From a bacterium (lineage in GTDB: Bacteria > Patescibacteriota > Minisyncoccia > UBA6257 > JAGOQP01), in assembly GCA_021814695.1 (NCBI GenBank), contig JAKAHY010000001.1:45278-109277 (forward strand): 64,000 nucleotides of DNA, read 5' to 3'. Of the stretch, positions 27,990-38,005 are shown piece after piece. How positions within the stretch are numbered: position 1 is the stretch's first letter; each line of letters opens with the position of its first letter. The notes under the pieces are model-generated. The model was not told where the DNA came from. It ran no database searches and worked only from the letters and a program-made list of their open reading frames with translations. Position numbers and translations under genes: made by a program.

Positions 27990-28064
27990 TGGAGTGAGGG
28001 GCCGGATTTGAACCGGCGATGATGGTCTTGCGGACCATTGCCTTCCCCGCTTGGCGACCCTCAC
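27990..28064 (-). tRNA. tRNA-Cys (GCA), CCA encoded
   Basis: Acceptor GTGAGGG/CCCTCAC, U73, CCA; anticodon arm ATGGT-CCGCAAG-ACCAT; T arm GCCGG-TTCAAAT-CCGGC. Confidence 0.9.
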
Positions 28065-28129
28065 ACACAAAGTATAAATCCCAAATAACAAATTAGTAAA
28101 GAAGTCTTGGCTTTTTATTTGATATATGT

Positions 28130-29281
28130 TTATTGTCCCGTCGCCAGATTTATCAGTTCTTGAGCAATAATTTCGGCAGCTTGAGGCTTAGCAAATGTGC
28201 CTGCGGCCTGAGACATAGATTGATATTTTGCTTTATCACTTAATATCAGATTAACCTGGTCGAAGAAAAGGGACGATTTCAAATTAGATTCTTCAATAAC
28301 TACGCAGGCGCCATTTCCCGCATATTCATACGCATTAAATTTCTGATGGTCTCCGGCGGCACTATCAAGTGGAATCAGTATGGAAGGCTTTTTAAAAACA
28401 GCTATTTCAAATATTGCTCCGCTTCCGGCTCTTGAAACTATAATATCCGCAGCGACATAAGCTTCTCTGATTTCTTTTTGGAGGAAATCCACTATTTTAT
28501 AGCGGTCACGTTCAACCGGTATAAAATGTTCGGTTGAAACGGCTAGTTCGTTTTTAAACTGAGCGAAATTCTGAGGACCCACCTGATGGAGTACCTGATA
28601 TTTACCGACGAATTCTTTGACGTTCTCGATCATAAATTCATTTATCTTTGCAGACCCTTGGGAACCGCCGATGACAAGAATCAACGGCAAGGTCGGGTCA
28701 AAGCCGAATATCTTTTTTGCTTTTTCAGGAGTCAGATCCGGAGCGGGTTCAAGCAGGTCGGCTCTTATCGGATTGCCCGTGAGCGCTACTTTTTCTCCGG
28801 AAATTGATTCAAGTGTTTTTTCAAACGACACGGCAATTCTTTTTGAGAAAGGAACGGAAAATTTAGTGGAGAGTCCGGGAATCGAATCGGATTCATGGAT
28901 AAATACCGGTATGCGATAAAACCATGCAGCTACGACAACGGCTATTGAGCCCGTTCCTCCTTTGGAAAATACCGCGTCCGGCATTACAAAAAGTAATTTA
29001 ATAAATGATTGCAGAAATGCTAACGGAAGTTTGACGGCATCTATTATATTCAGAGGCGAAAGATAACGCCTTATCTTAAATGAAATAATGGATACAATTT
29101 TTATCTTAAGTCCGACAAAATCCGAAGCATATTGCCCGGCATTTCCGAAATAATACAGCTGAAAATCCGATTCCGGATTTTGTGAAAGTTTTATTTTTAC
29201 CTGTTCGGCAACCGCCAGTAACGGATAAATATGCCCTCCGGTTCCGCCTCCGGTAAATGCAATGCGAATTTGATTTCTCAT
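28130..29281 (-). CDS. murG: MurG glycosyltransferase
   Basis: GGGTGGHIYP, GNPIR, GGSQG, SRAG, HQ..NA. Confidence 0.96.
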   Translation of the reverse strand: MRNQIRIAFTGGGTGGHIYPLLAVAEQVKIKLSQNPESDFQLYYFGNAGQYASDFVGLKIKIVSIISFKIRRYLSPLNIIDAVKLPLAFLQSFIKLLFVMPDAVFSKGGTGSIAVVVAAWFYRIPVFIHESDSIPGLSTKFSVPFSKRIAVSFEKTLESISGEKVALTGNPIRADLLEPAPDLTPEKAKKIFGFDPTLPLILVIGGSQGSAKINEFMIENVKEFVGKYQVLHQVGPQNFAQFKNELAVSTEHFIPVERDRYKIVDFLQKEIREAYVAADIIVSRAGSGAIFEIAVFKKPSILIPLDSAAGDHQKFNAYEYAGNGACVVIEESNLKSSLFFDQVNLILSDKAKYQSMSQAAGTFAKPQAAEIIAQELINLATGQ

Positions 29282-29316
29282 TAGTTCAATTATAACAAAG
29301 AATACTTCTTTTGGCT

Positions 29317-30486
29317 CTATTCGTTTGAGGAATGGCGCGAAACATTGGCAATAATTCCTATCATCGTTAAAGTAACGGCCATTGACGTGCCTCCATAACT
29401 GATAAACGGAAGCGGTACTCCCGTGAAAGGAAGAATTCCCGCATTAGCCGATATATGAATTATGGCTTGGATTGCAATAATCGACGAAAATCCGGCCACA
29501 CTAAGCCTGGCAAAATCATCATGACTATGAAGAGCGAGACCAATTCCTCTCCATAGCAATATCAGAAACAACAGAATAATAACCATAGACCCGGCAAAAC
29601 CGAATTCTTCGGCAATAACGGCAAATATCGAATCCCCCATCGGTTCGGGTAATAAGCTGTATTTACTCGTCGATTTTCCGAAACCCACACCCGTAAGCCC
29701 TCCCGTTCCGATTGCCATCAAGGATTGAGAGACGTGAAAATTATCACTGGGAGCATTTTTTATCAGAAGAGCGGGAAAATATTTTTGCGCTATAGGATTC
29801 CATATCGGAGCAACTCTCGCCAGACGATATGGAGTAACCGCCGCCAATCCGGCAACAATAACCGCTCCCACGGCAAGTGTCAGAAGAAAATGAACGAGAA
29901 CCTGTCTAAAAGAATTTCCGCTTAAAAAATACATTACAAGGCCGGCTCCGATTATAATCATAGCCATAGTTGTCGCCGGCTGTGCAAAAATCAAAACGCC
30001 CGTAATAATCGAAACAAACACAAAAATTCCGTAAGCCTTCCATCCCTCGCGTATTTTTTTCATACGGGTACCCGAAAATAGCGAAGCGACATATAAAATA
30101 TAGGTTAGTTTCAAAAGTTCCGACGGTTGAAAAGAAAATATTCCGAGATTAATCCATCTGTGAGATCCTTTCACCTCCCTTCCCAACGGAGTAAAAACTA
30201 AAAGAAGAAGAATAAGGTTTATAACAAAAAGAATCAGAGCCGCTTTTTTCCAGCGTCTGTAGTATATGAAAAATCCCGCAGCAAATCCGATGAGCCCCGG
30301 AATCAATCCTTTAAACAATTGTTGCTTGAGGTAATACCCGGTGTCATTAAAATTTACTTTACCGATATCCGATGAAGCCGATGCCAAAGCCAAAAAACCA
30401 ACCAGGAGCAAAAAAAGTACAATGCCTAAAATAACATAATCGGGTTTGTGGCCAGATTGAATTGAAAATGCCTTGCCGAGCCTCAT
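29317..30486 (-). CDS. ftsW: SEDS peptidoglycan polymerase FtsW
   Basis: RWI...FQPSE..K, LPE...DSIFA..AEE.G, TGVPLPFISYGG. Confidence 0.92.
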   Translation of the reverse strand: MRLGKAFSIQSGHKPDYVILGIVLFLLLVGFLALASASSDIGKVNFNDTGYYLKQQLFKGLIPGLIGFAAGFFIYYRRWKKAALILFVINLILLLLVFTPLGREVKGSHRWINLGIFSFQPSELLKLTYILYVASLFSGTRMKKIREGWKAYGIFVFVSIITGVLIFAQPATTMAMIIIGAGLVMYFLSGNSFRQVLVHFLLTLAVGAVIVAGLAAVTPYRLARVAPIWNPIAQKYFPALLIKNAPSDNFHVSQSLMAIGTGGLTGVGFGKSTSKYSLLPEPMGDSIFAVIAEEFGFAGSMVIILLFLILLWRGIGLALHSHDDFARLSVAGFSSIIAIQAIIHISANAGILPFTGVPLPFISYGGTSMAVTLTMIGIIANVSRHSSNE

Positions 30487-32021
30487 TTTTTGGATTTCTT
30501 TAATAGTCGGCCACTCCCCTGTCTACCGGCGGATGCGCCTTTTTGAGCGGTAACTAATTTACCGTCAGATACCTCCACTGTTCCGTTTACAATCACGGTT
30601 GTTATATCAAAATCTTTTGTAGCCAATACCAGGTCAGCATAGTATCCGTCACTGATAAATCCCCTTCCGTCCAGATTAAATATGGTGGCTGGCAGTCCCG
30701 TAATTTTTGCGACACTTTTTTCAACACTGATATTTTTTTGGGATGCAATTTTCAGATAAGTCGGAAATGTTTTATATGCGCGCTCCGGTTTGAAAGTCTT
30801 GAATATATCGTCAAAGTTGGGGCTATTTGTGGATATTAGAGAACGGGAAATCAACAAAGCTTTCAAAACCTCTTCCTGATTCAGATTTTCATATAATACA
30901 ACTCCTCTAAGCTTGGTTGCTTCCATTAACGCAAGCATCGCCTGAGATTCGCTTAATTCCCTATTTTTTGCAAAATCATAAAGTGTTTTTCCGTTTAAGA
31001 ATTCAACGCCCGGAGCATTCAAAATAATCACTTTTTTGGGATCTACTTTGGGAAGTCCGGATGCTATCTTTTTCCGTATTTCCTTATCCTTAATTTTTTC
31101 TATAAATAATGAAGGATCATCGTTTTTAAGATAATCGGGAACAAATGTATCCAAAGAAACCGCGCTTGCGCTGAACGGATTAATGTCAAAATAAACATTG
31201 GCTTTAGCCGCTTTTTCTTCTATCAACGCCAGAGATTTTTCATACTCAGTCTCAAATCCTATGAGAGGCCGAAAGTGGCTGATTATGGAAGTAACCGACG
31301 TTTCCTGGCTGACACGGATAGTTTCTTCTACCGATTCAAATAATTTTTCCCGTTCATTTCTTAAATGAGTGGCGTATACGCCCTTATATTGATGTAAAAC
31401 ATCCAGCAATGCCCTAATTTCATGATAAGTCGTATTTTGATAAGGATAATATCCCAATCCGTCCGACATTCCGAAGGCGCCTTCTTCGATTGCCGAGGAT
31501 AACACTCCGCGGAAAACTCTCAGTTCGTTGGCTGTAAGATTTCTGAATTCGTTCGGGTTTTTTATTATATCTTCACGGATGACTTTATGTCCCACAAGAG
31601 TGCCGATGTTGACTCCCATTCCATAACTTTCAACAACCTTAAGAAACTCGGCGACTCCTCTCCAATTTACATTTATACGATTGGTTCTTGTCCAGCTATC
31701 CAAATGCGCAAGATTTGTCCCGTAAAATGATGGCGCCAATGAAAATCCGCACTGGCCAAGCATTATACTGGTTACGCCTTGGAGTAAAAAATCCTTATGT
31801 AAAGGAGACTGAAACATTGTCAGATATCTGTCTGAACTGGCGTTGGGGTCTATAAAACCGGGGCACAAATACCCTTCGTTTCCAAAGATGACATTATCAG
31901 CTTTGTATTGAGGAAAGCTTCCTACCGCCAGAATTTTTTCATCACGCATTAAAACGTCTCCCTTTATAGGAGGTTTTCCGCTTCCGTCAATTACGATGAC
32001 ATTTTTAATAAGCGTTACCAT
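30483..32021 (-). CDS. N-acyl-D-amino-acid deacylase homolog (amidohydrolase fold, degenerate metal site)
   Basis: VIDGSG, PGFID, QGVT...GQCGFS, HLRNE, ISH, T..PA...RG.I..G..ADLV. Confidence 0.82.
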   Translation of the reverse strand: MVTLIKNVIVIDGSGKPPIKGDVLMRDEKILAVGSFPQYKADNVIFGNEGYLCPGFIDPNASSDRYLTMFQSPLHKDFLLQGVTSIMLGQCGFSLAPSFYGTNLAHLDSWTRTNRINVNWRGVAEFLKVVESYGMGVNIGTLVGHKVIREDIIKNPNEFRNLTANELRVFRGVLSSAIEEGAFGMSDGLGYYPYQNTTYHEIRALLDVLHQYKGVYATHLRNEREKLFESVEETIRVSQETSVTSIISHFRPLIGFETEYEKSLALIEEKAAKANVYFDINPFSASAVSLDTFVPDYLKNDDPSLFIEKIKDKEIRKKIASGLPKVDPKKVIILNAPGVEFLNGKTLYDFAKNRELSESQAMLALMEATKLRGVVLYENLNQEEVLKALLISRSLISTNSPNFDDIFKTFKPERAYKTFPTYLKIASQKNISVEKSVAKITGLPATIFNLDGRGFISDGYYADLVLATKDFDITTVIVNGTVEVSDGKLVTAQKGASAGRQGSGRLLKKSKK

Positions 32022-32055
32022 AATTGTTTTTAAAATTCGAAAATATTTCCGGAAA

Positions 32056-33105
32056 TTAACGCAATATCACACGGGAAAGGAAAAAAAGCACCAAACCCAA
32101 ACCGTTTGAGATAGCGGAGATTATCCAGAACCTCATAGTCACTCTGGACTCGGGCCATCCCAAGGCTTCAAAATGATGGTGAATGGGAGTGGATATAAAA
32201 ACTTTCTTTTTGAAAAATTTCTTTGATATCGTCTGGATAATCACCGAAATCGATTCAATGACGAGAATCGGAGCAAAAAACGGCAGGAACAAAACGGTAT
32301 TGGTCAGCATAGCGACAACTCCCAATGTTATTCCCAGCGCCATTGAGCCGGTATCTCCCATAAAAAATCTTGCCGGATAAATATTAAACCAAAGAAAAGC
32401 GAGCAGTGCTCCTACAATCATAGAAGAAAATGCGGCCAAATCATAGCGTCCCAAAACGAAAGATACCACCGCCAAAGACCCGAAAGAAAAAAGAGAAACC
32501 CCTCCCAAAAGTCCGTCCAAGCCATCGGTGATATCGGCCGAAAAAGCCGTAGCCACGATGATAAAAAGGAACAGTGGAATATACCAGCCGTCTATTTCAG
32601 TAAGTCCCAAAAAAGGAACATATAGCGTTGACCAGCCAAGTTTAACCGCAAACCAGTAAGCTCCGGCGAGAGCGATTATAAAATACATCAGCAGCTTGTG
32701 TTTTATGGATATTCCGCCTCCATGAGGTCCAATCCTTTTGACTCCTAAAATGTCGTCGGTTAATCCCAAAATTGCGGCAATGAGCATAATTGCTATCGGC
32801 AAATAAGTTTGACCCCTGTCTATAAAATTCAATCGAGACCAAAATCCTCCGAAAAAATAATTCAATAAAAAAAAGACCGCCGATAATCCCAATACCGTGA
32901 CCCATATTATTACACCCCCCATTGTCGGCGTCCCCTCTTTTTTTTGATGCAATGAATAAAAAACCGGAGCACTTTCACTGCTACGGATTTGTTTACCGGC
33001 TTTGTATTTATACAGAATGCGGGTTACTACCGGCGTAAGCGAAAGCGCCACAAAAAAAGATATTCCGGTTAAAATCAAAACTCTTATAACTTGGGAGCTT
33101 GTCAT
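32056..33105 (-). CDS. mraY: Phospho-N-acetylmuramoyl-pentapeptide transferase
   Basis: KEGTPTMGG, TDGLDG, FMGDTGS, PIHHHFE. Confidence 0.97.
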   Translation of the reverse strand: MTSSQVIRVLILTGISFFVALSLTPVVTRILYKYKAGKQIRSSESAPVFYSLHQKKEGTPTMGGVIIWVTVLGLSAVFFLLNYFFGGFWSRLNFIDRGQTYLPIAIMLIAAILGLTDDILGVKRIGPHGGGISIKHKLLMYFIIALAGAYWFAVKLGWSTLYVPFLGLTEIDGWYIPLFLFIIVATAFSADITDGLDGLLGGVSLFSFGSLAVVSFVLGRYDLAAFSSMIVGALLAFLWFNIYPARFFMGDTGSMALGITLGVVAMLTNTVLFLPFFAPILVIESISVIIQTISKKFFKKKVFISTPIHHHFEALGWPESRVTMRFWIISAISNGLGLVLFFLSRVILR

Positions 33106-33116
33106 GGATAAAAATT

Positions 33117-34166
33117 CTATTGGATACAGGATACTATTTTGGCGGTATCTCCGAATCTGTCCGGACTGCCAAGTACCGCTATAAATACCATTTTACCATC
33201 TTTACTGAATAATGACACGAGATTTCCTTCCGATTGGTCTATGTAACCGGTCTTTCCTCCGAAAAAATCTTTTCTTCCGGCAAATTCGTTTATATTTGTC
33301 AGCGTTGTTCTTTTACCGGTATTTTTGTCGCGGATAGTATTTGTTTTTTGACGGGTAATATCAAAGATGATCGGATATTGCTGTTTAATATAAGACACCA
33401 AAAGAAACAAATCGTGCGCCGTTGATTGATTCAGATAAGAAAGTCCCGAGGGTTCATAATAAGTTGTCTGACTCATAGATAAATCTTTTGCTTTCTGATT
33501 CATTTTTTGCACGAAAGCATCTCTTCCGAAACTATCAGCCAGAGCAAACGCGGCGTCGTTACTCGAAATTGTAAGCATCGCTTTAAGCAAGTCGTTGGCG
33601 CTGTATGAAGATCCGGTCGGAAGAGTTGAATTTCCGTCAGTCTCCTTGCTGATTTCCGGAGTAACGGTAATTACACTGGACTGATTGATATTTTCCAAAG
33701 CAACAACGGCAGTCATTAATTTGGATATGGAAGCTATAGGCCACCGGTTCTGTGAATTTTTTTCGTATAAAATACTTGCCCCCGAAATAGTCTGAACCAA
33801 AAAGTTTTTGGCTTGAATGGGAACACACAACTCGTTTGTTGTGGACGTCGCTTCCGTTATTATGGATTTTTCGACGATCGATGTATCGGTCTGATTTTTT
33901 TCTATTGAATTTACGGTCGGATTCAAATTTGAGTCAGAAGTGGAAGACAGGGGTTCCTGAGAAGTAGCAATGGAGCCTTGAATGTCGGCTATCAGGGATT
34001 CGTTATTTTTGACTGCTGCCGGTGACGATTCTAAATGAACCGAGTCTATAATAACCGCCTGTTGGCCGATTCCATTATGGTCAACTTGAGAAAATACGTT
34101 CGTATCCCTAAAAGCATAGGAAAATACGAGAATTATAATTAATAGGATTAATGCTTGATATCTCAT
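33117..34166 (-). CDS. D-Ala-D-Ala carboxypeptidase (S11)
   Basis: ASISKLMT (SxxK), SSN (SxN), GKTG. Confidence 0.9.
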   Translation of the reverse strand: MRYQALILLIIILVFSYAFRDTNVFSQVDHNGIGQQAVIIDSVHLESSPAAVKNNESLIADIQGSIATSQEPLSSTSDSNLNPTVNSIEKNQTDTSIVEKSIITEATSTTNELCVPIQAKNFLVQTISGASILYEKNSQNRWPIASISKLMTAVVALENINQSSVITVTPEISKETDGNSTLPTGSSYSANDLLKAMLTISSNDAAFALADSFGRDAFVQKMNQKAKDLSMSQTTYYEPSGLSYLNQSTAHDLFLLVSYIKQQYPIIFDITRQKTNTIRDKNTGKRTTLTNINEFAGRKDFFGGKTGYIDQSEGNLVSLFSKDGKMVFIAVLGSPDRFGDTAKIVSCIQ

Positions 34167-34177
34167 AAAAATATAAA

Positions 34178-34789
34178 TTAGGGAGTTGAAGCGGTTTCAG
34201 CCAAAGGAGATTCCTGAGGTTCGGCCGATTTTGTTTCCTCGGTTCTTTCGGAAAAATACTGATCCTTAAGCTTTTGATATTCATCATATTTAGGCATTTT
34301 GCTTACGTGGTCAATGCCCATAAATTTTAGAAATTCAAAGCTTACCTCATATTCAAATGCCAGTCCTTTTGCTGTTTTTCTTTCAATAAGGCCGCGGATA
34401 AGAAGACTTCTTAAAATAAAACTCGAATTGACTCCACGCAAAAAATCTATCTGAGCTCTGGTCACCGGACCGAAATATGAAATTATTGAAAGCGTTTCCA
34501 ATGCAGCGGGTGTCAATTCTTCCTTCAAATCTTCGGTGATGAATTTTTCGACAAGAATAGAGTGTTCCGGCTTTGTCGCCAATATATATTTACCGGAATT
34601 TTCCATCAGGATTATCCCCCTTTTGGAATCGGAATATTGTTCCCTTAACATGGCGGCGGCATTTTCTACTTCTTCTTCGCTCACTTTCAAAGTTGAGGAA
34701 ATTTTTTTCTTATCCAACGATTCTCCAAAAATAAAAAGAAGGGCTTCCATCTGGCTGGCTATTTTTTCGATATTTGAAGAGTCATTCAT
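34178..34789 (-). CDS. scpB: SMC-Scp complex subunit ScpB
   Basis: EALLF, LETLSII.Y..PVTR..ID..RGVNS. Confidence 0.93.
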   Translation of the reverse strand: MNDSSNIEKIASQMEALLFIFGESLDKKKISSTLKVSEEEVENAAAMLREQYSDSKRGIILMENSGKYILATKPEHSILVEKFITEDLKEELTPAALETLSIISYFGPVTRAQIDFLRGVNSSFILRSLLIRGLIERKTAKGLAFEYEVSFEFLKFMGIDHVSKMPKYDEYQKLKDQYFSERTEETKSAEPQESPLAETASTP

Positions 34790-34793
34790 AAAA

Positions 34794-35543
34794 TTATGCG
34801 GATTGGTTTAATTTCTCTATTTTAATTTCATCAAATAATTTATCCTGGCTGACAGCAAAAGTATTTTCTCTCAACAAATGAAGCAATGCAAGAAATATCA
34901 CGATGACTTCATTTTTTGTTTTGCGGCCGATAATTTCGGAAAATTTAGAAATGCCTTGGGCAATTTTTTTGGTGACTTCTGATATTTTATCTTCAAGCGT
35001 AAAGAGTTGGCGCTTGATTGTTTCCTTATCCAGAAAAAATGAACCTAGGGTGTTGAGCAACCGATCAAGTGATTCGCTCATATTTTTGAGGGTAAGTTTT
35101 TTAGGAGGATAGAAAACAACCGGTTGGGAAAGAAGCATGGTTCTTGAATAAAGCCTCGAAGATTTTAACCACTCGTTCTTTACCGAAGCAAACATAGGTT
35201 TGAGCTGGCTGTAGATTTTCAGACGCGCTTCCAAATCGTGCATTTCATTTTCTTCCTCTTCGGTAAGGGAGAGCTCCGGCAGAAGCGCTTTTGATTTTAT
35301 CAAAATAAGCTGGGATGCGACAACTAAAAAATCCGCAAGTATCCTCAACGCCTGCGCCTTTGTCTCTTCATCGGAATCGTTCTCCGTCTTTTGAGTTTCT
35401 TCCTTTATGGAGTTTACATATAACAAAAAATCAGCCGTAACCTCAGCAAGGCTGATTTGAGTTATATCCATCTTTTTGGCTTCTATTAACTCCAGCAGTT
35501 TTTCAAGCGGTCCCGAGTAAGCAAGAGTCTTCACCTCGTACAT
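34794..35543 (-). CDS. scpA: Segregation and condensation protein ScpA
   Basis: GPLE.LL.LI, FLV.A..L..IKS..LLP, FLALL.L. Confidence 0.92.
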   Translation of the reverse strand: MYEVKTLAYSGPLEKLLELIEAKKMDITQISLAEVTADFLLYVNSIKEETQKTENDSDEETKAQALRILADFLVVASQLILIKSKALLPELSLTEEEENEMHDLEARLKIYSQLKPMFASVKNEWLKSSRLYSRTMLLSQPVVFYPPKKLTLKNMSESLDRLLNTLGSFFLDKETIKRQLFTLEDKISEVTKKIAQGISKFSEIIGRKTKNEVIVIFLALLHLLRENTFAVSQDKLFDEIKIEKLNQSA

Positions 35544-35733
35544 AATGACAGACTACCATAAATTATGTAATAATCCAATGAATAAACAGTAAAAAAACAG
35601 CGTCGATCCCGCACCTTTTGTTGGCTCAAGCTTCGTTCATTATGCCTTAGGCAGTCAATAAAAGATGCAGGATTGACACCGGCTCGGATATTGCCGATAA
35701 TCGAGCCAGTTCGTTGACGCAAAGGAGTAAACT

Positions 35734-37515
35734 ATGGACAAACCAAAAACAAACCAATCCCTTCCGAAATGGTCTCTGGCCGAACTTTTGGATGACAGCG
35801 CGGCCGATGCGGTCAGCCTGGCTCTCGCCGATTTTGAGTCAAAGGTTAAGATTGTTGAATCCTGGAGATCCAAACTCAAGGCCGATATGACAGTTGATGA
35901 ATTTAAGCTGTTCTTGTCGGATATTGAATCGGAAAATATTGCCGGAGAAAAACTCAGTTCATATGCGGGTCTGAAATTCGAAGAAGATACCCAGAATCAG
36001 GCGGCACTTGCGCTTATGGAAAAGCTCAACGATATTTTCACCGATGCGGGGAACAGAACGCTTTTCTTTTCCCTCTGGTGGAAGGATCTGGACAATGAAA
36101 GCGCCGAAAGGCTGATGCAAGCGGCCGGAACCGAAAGTTACTGGCTTAAGCACATGAGATTGTTCAAGCCATATACTCTCTCCGAACCGGTCGAGCAGGC
36201 TATCAATCTTAAGGATACTACCGGCTCCAATGCTTTGAATAATCTCTATTCGCTTCTGACCGATAAGCTTGAATTTACGCTTGAAATCGACGGAGAAAAG
36301 AAAACCATGACCCGGGGAGAATTGGAAACGTATCGCCACAATCAGGACCCGAAACTTCGCGAGGCCGGATTCAAAGAATTTTTCAGGGTGTTTAGTGAAA
36401 CCGGACCGGTTTTGGCTTATATCTATTCTGCTATTGTGCGGGATTACTACAACGAGACCGTTAAGCTTCGCGGATTTTCATCTCCGATTTCGGTAAGGAA
36501 TCTGGGAAACAACATCCCCGACTCGGTTATTGAAATGCTTCTCGCTCTGGTAAAAAAGAATGCCGGAGTATTTCAAAAATATTTCAAGCTTAAGGCAAAA
36601 TGGCTCGGAGTTTCCAAGCTTCGCCGTTATGATTTGTATGCTCCCCTGCCAATGCCCCAGAAAGAATATGGTTTTGAAGAAGCATCAAATTTGGTTTTTG
36701 AAGTATTCGGAAAATTCTCTCCTAAAATGGAAGAGTATGCCCGTAAAGTTTTCACAGACAATCACATTGATGCTCAAGTCCGTAAAGGAAAACACGATGG
36801 AGCATTCTGTTCAACTCCGCTTCCTCAATTTGCCCCCTGGGTCCTTTTGAATTATCAGGGGAATGTCGAGGATGTGGAGACAATGGCTCATGAACTTGGA
36901 CATGCAGTTCACAGCCAGATGGCAAAAGAACATTCCATTCATACCCATCATTCCGCTTTGCCGTTAGCCGAGACCGCCTCAACTTTCGGGGAAATGCTTC
37001 TGATGAATGCGCTTTTGGAAAAAGAAAGCGATATTCAGGTTAAGCGTTACTTGCTGGCAAGAATGATTGATGGAACTTATGCCACGGTCGGACGCCAAGG
37101 ATTTTTTGCCCTTTGGGAGATTGCAGCCCACAAGATGGCAGTACAGGGCGCGACGGCTGATGAAATAAGCGAAATTTATCTTTCCAATCTTCGCGATCAA
37201 TTCGGCGACTCGCTTGAATTGAGTGAGGACTTCAGATGGGAATGGGTAACAATTCCCCATTTCTACAGCACGCCGTTTTATGTTTACGCTTACGCTTTTG
37301 GGGAGCTTCTTGTCTACTCGCTTTATAAGATGTATCAGACCGAAGGCGAAAGCTTCAAGCCGAAGTATCTGGAGATTCTTTCCGCCGGCGGTTCGGATTC
37401 TCCGGGAAATATTCTGGCCAAAGCCGGAATTGATATCGCTTCCGAAAAGTTCTGGCAGGGCGGGTTTGACGCCATTGCCGAACTTGTCCGAGAGTTGGAA
37501 AACCTAAGCCAATAA
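35734..37515 (+). CDS. M3 family oligoendopeptidase F
   Basis: HELGHAVH, AETASTFGE, PHFY..PFYVYAY. Confidence 0.93.
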   Translation: MDKPKTNQSLPKWSLAELLDDSAADAVSLALADFESKVKIVESWRSKLKADMTVDEFKLFLSDIESENIAGEKLSSYAGLKFEEDTQNQAALALMEKLNDIFTDAGNRTLFFSLWWKDLDNESAERLMQAAGTESYWLKHMRLFKPYTLSEPVEQAINLKDTTGSNALNNLYSLLTDKLEFTLEIDGEKKTMTRGELETYRHNQDPKLREAGFKEFFRVFSETGPVLAYIYSAIVRDYYNETVKLRGFSSPISVRNLGNNIPDSVIEMLLALVKKNAGVFQKYFKLKAKWLGVSKLRRYDLYAPLPMPQKEYGFEEASNLVFEVFGKFSPKMEEYARKVFTDNHIDAQVRKGKHDGAFCSTPLPQFAPWVLLNYQGNVEDVETMAHELGHAVHSQMAKEHSIHTHHSALPLAETASTFGEMLLMNALLEKESDIQVKRYLLARMIDGTYATVGRQGFFALWEIAAHKMAVQGATADEISEIYLSNLRDQFGDSLELSEDFRWEWVTIPHFYSTPFYVYAYAFGELLVYSLYKMYQTEGESFKPKYLEILSAGGSDSPGNILAKAGIDIASEKFWQGGFDAIAELVRELENLSQ

Positions 37516-37619
37516 TTGGTATCCGCTCATAATTTGGGCGGTTTTTTTATTAAACCGCCATCTCTTTTACAAACACCTATTTTTGATATAGATTAAGTTC
37601 AGCTATCCGGGGAGCGGTA

Positions 37620-37934
37620 ATGGAAAACGTGCTCGTCCGAAAGAAGAAAGCATCACTTGTTCGTCTTACAAAAGAAGATTCGGACTATCTTTTGATGAGA
37701 TCGGATATTATGGACAGCCTTTTTCCCGAGGATGGATCTTACGTTCTAGTCTCCGCAATCCCCCATAAATTCAGAACTCTGGCCGCAAGAAAAGTTATCA
37801 ATAAATTGATTGTTTCGGGAGAATTGTGCATAAGATATCTACTGGACGAAAAATCACCCGCTAACAATAAACTCATCATTAAAAGGGTTGACTGTTTCCT
37901 GTTAAAAAGGGTTGCCGTCGAGTATGCGGAGTAA
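37620..37934 (+). CDS. Hypothetical protein
   Basis: GGGGAG SD; intergenic ORF followed by a hairpin. Confidence 0.55.
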   Translation: MENVLVRKKKASLVRLTKEDSDYLLMRSDIMDSLFPEDGSYVLVSAIPHKFRTLAARKVINKLIVSGELCIRYLLDEKSPANNKLIIKRVDCFLLKRVAVEYAE

Positions 37935-38005
37935 TCCGGAATGTTGTTTTCCGGATTTTTTTATTCTTGTTTTAATTCCGGCTTTTTTCTATACTATCCC
38001 TATCT

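Noticed and set aside
27744-28091. 115-aa ORF on the - strand
   Set aside because: It runs through tRNA-Cys and the inverted-repeat element
30518-30533. Possible in-frame palindromic repeat insertion (ASAGRQG) in the deacylase C-terminus
   Set aside because: A single degenerate copy; the resemblance to a repeat family rests only on recall
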